A DNA stretch of 64,000 nt from an uncultured Eubacteriales bacterium (GTDB lineage: Bacteria; Bacillota; Clostridia; Oscillospirales; CAG-272). The notes under the pieces are model-generated. The model saw only the letters and a list, made by a program, of their open reading frames with translations. It did no database searches and was not told where the DNA came from. This document shows positions 30,479 through 36,678 of the stretch, piece by piece; position 1 is the stretch's first letter, and each line of letters opens with the position of its first letter. The translations under genes were made by a program, and so were the position numbers. The stretch covers positions 4,168 through 68,167 of the forward strand of contig CAJLXA010000002.1 of the NCBI GenBank assembly GCA_905210485.1. Reading direction: 5' to 3'.

Positions 30479-30583
30479 TTAACCGTTGCAGCAGCAGCAG
30501 AAAAGAACGATAATGGCAAGAATGATGATCCACGTACAATTGTCATCGAACAAATGACAGAGGCAGTTGCAATTGTTGTTCAT
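30479..30583 (-). CDS. 34-aa Cys-rich single-TM microprotein (not in ORF track)
   Basis: Reverse translation gives MNNNCNCLCHLFDDNCTWIIILAIIVLFCCCCNG. GGAGG lies 8 nt upstream of the ATG, and the terminator at 30388-30430 lies downstream. Confidence 0.6.
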   Translation of the reverse strand: MNNNCNCLCHLFDDNCTWIIILAIIVLFCCCCNG

Positions 30584-30858
30584 TCTGAAAACCTCCATGT
30601 TTACTACCCGAAGTCGGGGAATACGGATATTTGCGAAAGAAGAGGCGGGTGTCGGTAAGAATGGGGGACTCGGAATGTACAGAGGGAAAACACCCGCTTG
30701 CTCTTCACTATCATTGTATGAAAAGCGCCGCGGGTGGTTCCTTTTATTTCAGATGAATGAATGAAAAATATCACGCCTGCCCCGATGGGCAGAAAACAGT
30801 GCCGCTGCCTCTCCGGGAGACCGTAAATCAGGTGCGGCGCCAAAGCCGGCAGGAGCTG

Positions 30859-32886
30859 TCAGGTTCCGCTTGCCGCCGCGCGCATATCCGTTTCCGCAGT
30901 CTCGATGAGTTCCGCAAAAATGCGCGGGTTTTCAATCCATTCGGCAAAGGTGACATTTTGTATCGCCCCACGCCCTTCCAAGTAGAGGTCGAAAACCTTC
31001 TTTTCTTGTTCGAGGTGTGTGCAACCTTTCTGAATTTCAATGCACTTTGTCTGCAGATCGGTTGTCGCTTTTTCTTGTTCCGCCTTAAAGACGGCTTCTT
31101 TCGTATCATATGCATTGCGGGCCGCGGAAATATATGTGGCGGCCGTTTCCGCATAAGTTTCAAGATATTCTTCCCCGTATTCTTCTTTGAACGCGTTCAG
31201 TTTTTCCTCCGCCTCAAGGATCTTGTCTTCACCGGCAATCCCCTCTATATAGGCGTCTCCGCGAAGTATCTCGGCCAAGGTCTTCAGTTCGTTTCCTGCC
31301 GCGGTCGCCCCCTCATACAGCGAATTATAGGCCGTCTCCGCCGACTCCAGCGTTTCAACGCGGGAGAGATATGTCTTCCCGGCATCGCCGTATTTCTGTA
31401 CATACGCGTTATACGCCGTCCGGGCGGCAAGAACGGCGTCTCCGACGCCGAGATTCACCTTTCCGATGGCGGCAATCGCCGCGTCAACCTCTGCGGCGGC
31501 AATACGCACTTCCGCCACCAAGGCGTTGTACGCCGTCCGCTTTTCGGTCATCACGGTATATGTGTTTCCGAGGATTGCCGTTCCGTCGTTGATCTCATCA
31601 ATATGGTACGTATCACGCCACACGCGATAGGCCTCTTCCGCCGCCGTCAACGCGTCCCCGGACAACAGCGATACGTCGCCGATTCCGGTAACTGCGGCCG
31701 TAACGGCGATTTTGTTTTCATCGGCGCTCCGCAATTCGTCATAACGGATCCGCATGGCGGTCACTGCCGCGGCAAGGTCGATTTTTTCTCCGTCGATATA
31801 GGTAAGCGCGGCGATCTTCTGATCGGCACGAACATAATATATATCGGCAAGACCGGCCTCATTTTGTTTTGCGTATACTTCCTCCGCATGACGTACCGCC
31901 GCTTCGTTTCCGTAACGCACAGCGCCGTCTTTGTAAACGAGGCAAAGAGCGTCGTAAGTGTCGTCGGCAAGCGTATGTGCCTCCTGCAGAGCGGCGGCGG
32001 CTTCATTCAGAACAACCTCTGTCTCCGCTTTCGTTTTTGCCATCAACGCACGAAGCGCCGCGCCGTCAAGCGCCGACATCAGTTGCAGATAGCTTTCGCC
32101 GCTGTAAGCCGCGCGATTCTTCTGTGCTTTATCCCGATACTCGCATATTTTTCCGTAAGCCGCCGTTTTGGTTGCATCATCGGCCAGAGAGTCCTCCGCC
32201 TTGCGGTATTCTTCGATCTGTTCCCGATACCGCGTTGCATATTTCACAGCGACCGCCGGCGAAGAAGCCAATTCGATCTCCAGAAGCACACGGCTTCTTT
32301 CACTTTCCGCCAACAGATAATACACGTCCGTGAGCGTGGAAATATCCACGCTGTTCACCATTTCCAGAGCCTCGGTCTTATCCAGAACCAGAAGAGCGAG
32401 CGCCGTCTGAAAATCGTTTGCCGTATCCCGCATTTCTTCCACGGTCGTGCAAAGCGAAAGCCGTGAAAGAGCGGTGTTGCACAATTCGGCCACGCCCGCG
32501 TCGTCCTTATGCGCGACATACAGTTCGCTTGTCGTCATCAGGCGGGCAACCGACGCACGGTAATCCCCCAGTGTATTATCCACGATCGTATTGACATACA
32601 CCGTTTCGGTTTTTCCGTTATATGTATACGCAATCCGTGCCACGCAGGCACCGGGAGTGGCGGAGGTGAATGTCACCATGTCCGGCGTAACGGGAACCGT
32701 TTCTTCGGTACCGTCGGTATAACGGACGGACAGTTTCAGCCCCTCCGTCCGAAAAGATTCCCCGACGTTATAATGGATATCGGACGGATATTCCGCAAGC
32801 GAAACCGACTGCAGAGCACGATTCCCGCAGGCAACGGAAAACATGCATATCCCCGACAGAAGTAAAATAAATATGAGTTTTTTCAT
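30859..32886 (-). CDS. secreted lipoprotein with an N-terminal Ig-like (Big_3-type) domain and a long helical repeat region
   Basis: Lipobox MKKLIFILLLSGICMFSVACGN. YNVGESFRTEGLKLSVRYTDGTEETVPV is an Ig-like segment. Repeats are of the type V.AA....IG.V.L..GDA..AA..AY. Confidence 0.7.
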   Translation of the reverse strand: MKKLIFILLLSGICMFSVACGNRALQSVSLAEYPSDIHYNVGESFRTEGLKLSVRYTDGTEETVPVTPDMVTFTSATPGACVARIAYTYNGKTETVYVNTIVDNTLGDYRASVARLMTTSELYVAHKDDAGVAELCNTALSRLSLCTTVEEMRDTANDFQTALALLVLDKTEALEMVNSVDISTLTDVYYLLAESERSRVLLEIELASSPAVAVKYATRYREQIEEYRKAEDSLADDATKTAAYGKICEYRDKAQKNRAAYSGESYLQLMSALDGAALRALMAKTKAETEVVLNEAAAALQEAHTLADDTYDALCLVYKDGAVRYGNEAAVRHAEEVYAKQNEAGLADIYYVRADQKIAALTYIDGEKIDLAAAVTAMRIRYDELRSADENKIAVTAAVTGIGDVSLLSGDALTAAEEAYRVWRDTYHIDEINDGTAILGNTYTVMTEKRTAYNALVAEVRIAAAEVDAAIAAIGKVNLGVGDAVLAARTAYNAYVQKYGDAGKTYLSRVETLESAETAYNSLYEGATAAGNELKTLAEILRGDAYIEGIAGEDKILEAEEKLNAFKEEYGEEYLETYAETAATYISAARNAYDTKEAVFKAEQEKATTDLQTKCIEIQKGCTHLEQEKKVFDLYLEGRGAIQNVTFAEWIENPRIFAELIETAETDMRAAASGT

Positions 32887-32926
32887 TTGACTTCCTCACT
32901 TTTTCTGTATTGTGTACCGCCGGCCG

Positions 32927-34045
32927 TTATTTACGGTCGCGTTCATCAAGCGCCGCCAGTCCGAGGCGAAATGCCTCCGCAACAATGCGGCGGTCTTCCG
33001 GGTCCTTGCTGTGGAAAGCACCCGACAATGTACGATAAAGTTCTCCGCGCACGCTCATATCACGCGCAAGATATTCCGCGCCTTTCAGCGGCAAAGTGTC
33101 GTCCATGATCGAAAGTCCGTAAAGACCGAAGGTTTCGCCGATGTCCGGCAAAAGAAATTCGGGCGGCAAAATCCCCTCCAGTTTCAGGCGCAGAAACGTT
33201 TCCTCGCCGTAACCGCTTTTGGCAATATAGGACTTTATGGCGGCAAACAGCGTATCGGAATCCCCGACATCGGTAAGCGTTACCGTTTCGTCAAGATAAC
33301 GCCGCGCGGAATAGGCATGAAACACAAGCGACGGTTCTTCGTTTGCCGGTACGTCAACGGTCACCGCTCCTCCGAAACCGGGCATATCGAAACTGCGCCC
33401 CTCCATGGCGCCGGGAGTAAAGATCAGCGGTTTGTTTTCGTACACCGTCATACCGACGGACGCGCTGTTTCCCGTCACGCAAATATTCGCGCCGAAGCGG
33501 CGTATCACGGCCGCCGTTTCTTCGGTATACGGCGCGGCGCAAAGAAGAACATGCGTTTTCCCGTCGTCTGCGGCGCGCATATCTCCGAAACGTTCATCAA
33601 GCGGCGGCGCGTCCGTTTTGTCACAGAATCCGTAAAACGTCACATCGGGGAAATCGAACCGCGTCGGCGCCGCTTCGCTGAAAACATACATATTCTGCGG
33701 CAGGCGCGCCGAGGCGTAAAACACGGGAAAAAGCGAAGCCTCTCCCTTGCCGGGCGCAATAATAAAATGAAGCGACGTATGTTCTTCGGCTTTTGCGATG
33801 ACAAAGGAAAGCGTGTCTCCCGTCAGAAAATCCGCGTCAAACAGATCGCCGGCAATCAGAATATACGACACACCGCTGTCCTCCGCGTCGGAAAGCATAC
33901 GCGAAAAAGAAGCGCGCGCCGCGGTGCGCCGCGCCCGCATAGATTCCGCCGTGAGACCGGCAAAAGGCGCGTCAAACCGCACGCCGCCGCATACCGTGAA
34001 TCTGACGCCGGTATCTACGGTCTCCGTTGTATTTTCATGATCCAT
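32927..34045 (-). CDS. calcineurin-like metallophosphoesterase-fold protein (YhaO/SbcD-like) with degenerate metal motifs
   Basis: YILIAGDLFD matches motif II. Start MDHENTT follows GGAAAGGAG. The ORF-track start at 34105 overlaps a terminator hairpin and is rejected. Confidence 0.6.
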   Translation of the reverse strand: MDHENTTETVDTGVRFTVCGGVRFDAPFAGLTAESMRARRTAARASFSRMLSDAEDSGVSYILIAGDLFDADFLTGDTLSFVIAKAEEHTSLHFIIAPGKGEASLFPVFYASARLPQNMYVFSEAAPTRFDFPDVTFYGFCDKTDAPPLDERFGDMRAADDGKTHVLLCAAPYTEETAAVIRRFGANICVTGNSASVGMTVYENKPLIFTPGAMEGRSFDMPGFGGAVTVDVPANEEPSLVFHAYSARRYLDETVTLTDVGDSDTLFAAIKSYIAKSGYGEETFLRLKLEGILPPEFLLPDIGETFGLYGLSIMDDTLPLKGAEYLARDMSVRGELYRTLSGAFHSKDPEDRRIVAEAFRLGLAALDERDRK

Positions 34046-34061
34046 AACAGGCTCCTTTCCG

Positions 34062-34101
34062 AAAAAGCAGAAGAACGGTTTTGGAAAGTACCGTTCTGCT
34101 G
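34062..34101 (-). terminator. intrinsic terminator inside the 5' leader, 17 nt upstream of the start codon (attenuator candidate)
   Basis: On the minus strand: CAGCAGAACGG-(12-nt loop)-CCGTTCTTCTG, 10/11 bp, followed by CTTTTT, then the RBS GGAAAGGAG. Confidence 0.65.
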
Positions 34102-34174
34102 TCATAATACTGTAGTAAAATCTGTTGATAAACTTGTATTACCCGACAAGCGAAAATACTTGCTTGCAAGGGTA

Positions 34175-34304
34175 TTTTTGCGCCGGACATCAGGGAAAGC
34201 GGGCGGCGTTAAAGCGCCGCATGAGACGCGCATCGCGTGGCTCTGATTGCGCTTCCGCGCAATCTTTCCGCTTGTATTATACCATTTTCGATAAAAGGTT
34301 TCAA
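34175..34304 (-). repeat. conserved promoter plus three-hairpin leader element, copy 1
   Basis: On the minus strand: TTGAAA (34299-34304), 17 nt, TGgTATAAT (-10 at 34276-34281), then ACAAGCG. Hairpins: ATTGCGC-GGAA-GCGCAAT (34246-34263), ACGCG-ATG-CGCGT (34226-34238), GCGGCG-CTTTAA-CGCCGC (34203-34220). Tail: CGCTTTCCCTGATGTC-CGG-CGCAAAAA. A second copy lies at 61556-61684. Confidence 0.6.
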
Positions 34305-34355
34305 TAGATTACAAAAAAAACTTGTATTTGTCCGCTTTAATTTTACAAATTTCTC

Positions 34356-34384
34356 TTGAAAAGTGCAAATATACATGGTAAAAT
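34356..34384 (+). promoter_or_regulatory. sigma-A type promoter of the MTase-like gene
   Basis: TTGAAA (34356-34361), 17 nt, TAAAAT (34379-34384). Confidence 0.55.
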
Positions 34385-34471
34385 AGTGGCAGACATTGAT
34401 TTTAATATACGGGATTCCGTCGGGCACTGAGACGGTTTTTCGATAGCAATACGGTCACGGAGGACATTTTC

Positions 34472-36034
34472 ATGCTGAATACCGCTGTTCGCAACACCAA
34501 TAAATTGATACGTCAAAAATCGCAGAGCGAGGGCATCCGCATCGGCAACCGCTTTACAAAAAAAGCCACCGCGCGTCTGATGGCGTCCATCCCCGCTTAC
34601 AGCCGGCGGGACTGCGTTTATCTTCTCGATCCCGGTGCCGGAACAGGTATTCTGACCGCCGCCGCCGCCGAAGAACTGGCGCGCGCCGGGGTATCCGAAA
34701 TTCACGCGGATCTTTATGAGACCGACGCCGATATGCTTCCGACTCTGGAAAACAATATGCGCCGCGTGCGCCGGAAATGCCACCACGATTACGGGGTGCG
34801 CTTTCGGTTTCGTATTCTTTCCGAAGATTTTCTTACCGCTTATGCCGACGACGGAAAGGACAAGCCGCATTATGACTATGTATTCATGAACCCCGACGAT
34901 GAGCAGGAAGACAAGGACGCCGATGCCGTCGGGCTCTACCGCACCGCTTTCAGTATCCCCGTCAGCCGCGCGTTTTATTTTCTTGACGCGGCGCTCCGCG
35001 CCCTGAAAGACGGCGGCCATCTCGTGGCCGTAGTTCCGACGCTTTTTGCCACCGCCGACTCCTGCGAAAAACTGCGCGCCCATCTCTTCTCCGGTTATGC
35101 GGTGCCGCGCGTCCATCTGTTTTCCGCAAAAGATAAGATCAGAGATATTGACGGCAGCCGGCGCGACGAACTGAAAAAGCACATGCTTCTGTATTGCGTA
35201 AAGTCCGCTCCGCTTACCGAGATCGCCTACAGCGATTCTTACGATGACGGCGAAGCGGTTACGATGCTTCCCGTCTTCCCGCGCTCGTTTGCCGTGCGCG
35301 GCGACAAATGCCGTATGTTGCTCCTGCAATCCGAAAAGGAATACGCCGCCATCAGAGCGCTCGAAAGTCTTCCCGAAACGCTCACCACGCTCGGTCTCCG
35401 TATGAGAACAGGGCTTGTAATCCCTTCCCGCTATACCGAACTTCTTTATAACGAACCGACCGACGATACGATACCGCTTCTCTCCCCGCGCGGTATACGG
35501 AACGGTCACATCGACTTTCCCCTTGCCGAAGAAAATCAGTATATAAAACCGCGGATCCCTTCTCTTGCGCAGGACAACAAAAACATGTTGCTTCTGAAAC
35601 GCGTGCCCGCAAAAGCCGACGGACGGCATCTGTATGCGGCGGTTTATCTCGCCTCCCAACTGCCCTACACACAGAAAATCAGCACGGAAAACAAACTTAT
35701 CTATGTGGACTACGCCGACGGACGCGAACTTGACGCTCCGCTTCTGCACGGCCTGTACGCACTTGTCAACTCCACACCTTATGAATGTTACTGCTCCATT
35801 CTTTCAAAATCCGCACAGGTCAACGCCGGAGAATATAAAAACCTGCCGTTTCCCGATGCGGAAGCCATTCGTAAAATCGGGCGTACAATGATGACTTCCC
35901 GCCAGTACACGGCGCGGATCTGCGATATTCTCGCCAGAACCGCCCTGCGCCTGCCGACGGAAGAACAGCCCGCACAGGAAAAAACCGGCTTAAACGATTC
36001 GTCCGAAGCGGAAAAATTCGCCGTTCTGTCGTAA
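34472..36034 (+). CDS. Eco57I/TaqI-like N6-adenine DNA methyltransferase homologue with degenerate motif IV (NPDD)
   Basis: Motif I LLDPGAGTGILT (34622-34657). The motif IV position reads FMNPDD (NPDD at 34889-34900) instead of NPPY/F/W. Long C-terminal TRD-like region. No nuclease gene nearby. Confidence 0.6.
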   Translation: MLNTAVRNTNKLIRQKSQSEGIRIGNRFTKKATARLMASIPAYSRRDCVYLLDPGAGTGILTAAAAEELARAGVSEIHADLYETDADMLPTLENNMRRVRRKCHHDYGVRFRFRILSEDFLTAYADDGKDKPHYDYVFMNPDDEQEDKDADAVGLYRTAFSIPVSRAFYFLDAALRALKDGGHLVAVVPTLFATADSCEKLRAHLFSGYAVPRVHLFSAKDKIRDIDGSRRDELKKHMLLYCVKSAPLTEIAYSDSYDDGEAVTMLPVFPRSFAVRGDKCRMLLLQSEKEYAAIRALESLPETLTTLGLRMRTGLVIPSRYTELLYNEPTDDTIPLLSPRGIRNGHIDFPLAEENQYIKPRIPSLAQDNKNMLLLKRVPAKADGRHLYAAVYLASQLPYTQKISTENKLIYVDYADGRELDAPLLHGLYALVNSTPYECYCSILSKSAQVNAGEYKNLPFPDAEAIRKIGRTMMTSRQYTARICDILARTALRLPTEEQPAQEKTGLNDSSEAEKFAVLS

Positions 36035-36061
36035 AAATCCCGAAAAAAAGAAAAATTCCCC

Positions 36062-36090
36062 TTGCATTTTCATCATTCCTGTGCTATACT
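36062..36090 (+). promoter_or_regulatory. sigma-A type promoter upstream of secG
   Basis: TTGCAT (36062-36067), 17 nt, TATACT (36085-36090). Confidence 0.55.
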
Positions 36091-36228
36091 ATATCTAAAG
36101 TATTGCCCGTAACGGCAATCGGATACAGGAAACGGCCGTGCGCCGTTCTCCGTTTCTTTATTTCATCATTACGGTGTCGGGGTGTTTTACCCGACAGGGA
36201 AAAATATTCTTCCCGGAAAGGTTTGTTT

Positions 36229-36531
36229 ATGAATCTTGTATTTGCCATTCTTCTCCTGCTCTTTGCCGTATTTCTCATTCTGGCCGTACTCTTCCAGAGC
36301 AGTAAGTCGCAGGGACTCTCCGGCTCCATCACGGGTAGCACCGCGGAAACTTTCTTCGGCAAGGATAAAGGTACACGCATCGACCGTATGCTCGGCAAAC
36401 TCACCGCGATTTGCGGTATCGTGTTCGTCGTCGTCGTTCTGCTTGTCTATATCGTTCAGCCGGACTACTCTTTCACGCAGAATCTTGTCGGATCGGCATG
36501 GCAGAACGCAAGCCAGTACTTCCCGAAATAA
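36229..36531 (+). CDS. secG: preprotein translocase subunit SecG
   Basis: MNLVFAILLLLFAVFLILAVLFQSSKSQGLSGSITG. The ORF-track start at 36103 is an over-extension. Confidence 0.85.
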   Translation: MNLVFAILLLLFAVFLILAVLFQSSKSQGLSGSITGSTAETFFGKDKGTRIDRMLGKLTAICGIVFVVVVLLVYIVQPDYSFTQNLVGSAWQNASQYFPK

Positions 36532-36555
36532 GGTTTATTCCGTATAACCGAAATA

Positions 36556-36600
36556 CGAAAGTAGCAAGGTGCCGTCCAGCGCTTTGCTACTTCGTTTTTT
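36556..36600 (+). terminator. probable terminator after secG
   Basis: CGAAAGTAGCAA...TTGCTACTTCG stem with one bulge and a 16-nt loop, followed by T6. Confidence 0.55.
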
Positions 36601-36678
36601 CAGGAAACCGCTGTTCTCCGCATGAAAATCAAAATAAAAGAAAACACTGTATATAAGAATAAAAAATAAAGAAAGATC

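Noticed and set aside
30757-32466. A 569-aa plus-strand ORF opposite the lipoprotein gene. Similar long shadow ORFs lie at 32912-34246, 34343-35749, 40829-42043, 42176-43516, 47753-48964, 14205-15518, 18242-19510 and 11154-12182.
   Set aside because: All lie antisense to genes with clear family signatures. All are Arg/Gly/Phe-rich and lack an RBS and any motif. They are treated as non-coding shadow frames.
34105-34105. Upstream alternative start codons given by the ORF track: 34105 for the phosphoesterase-like gene, 36103 for secG, 9354 for the ABC-2 permease, 8075 for cotJB and 54564 for the WecA-like gene.
   Set aside because: In each case the extension lacks an RBS, overlaps a terminator or the preceding gene, or adds non-homologous residues. 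Internal ATG/GTG starts with a Shine-Dalgarno match the family N-termini.
36097-36228. A secG leader with the hairpin ATTGCC-CGTAAC-GGCAAT 11 nt after the -10 and a terminator-like GAAACGG...CCGTTTC plus T-rich run (36129-36165). Considered as a possible third, diverged copy of the three-hairpin element.
   Set aside because: Only the position and first few bases of the first hairpin resemble the element. The conserved 27-nt tail and the ACAAGCG block are absent. The stems are short (5-7 bp), so this is weak evidence.
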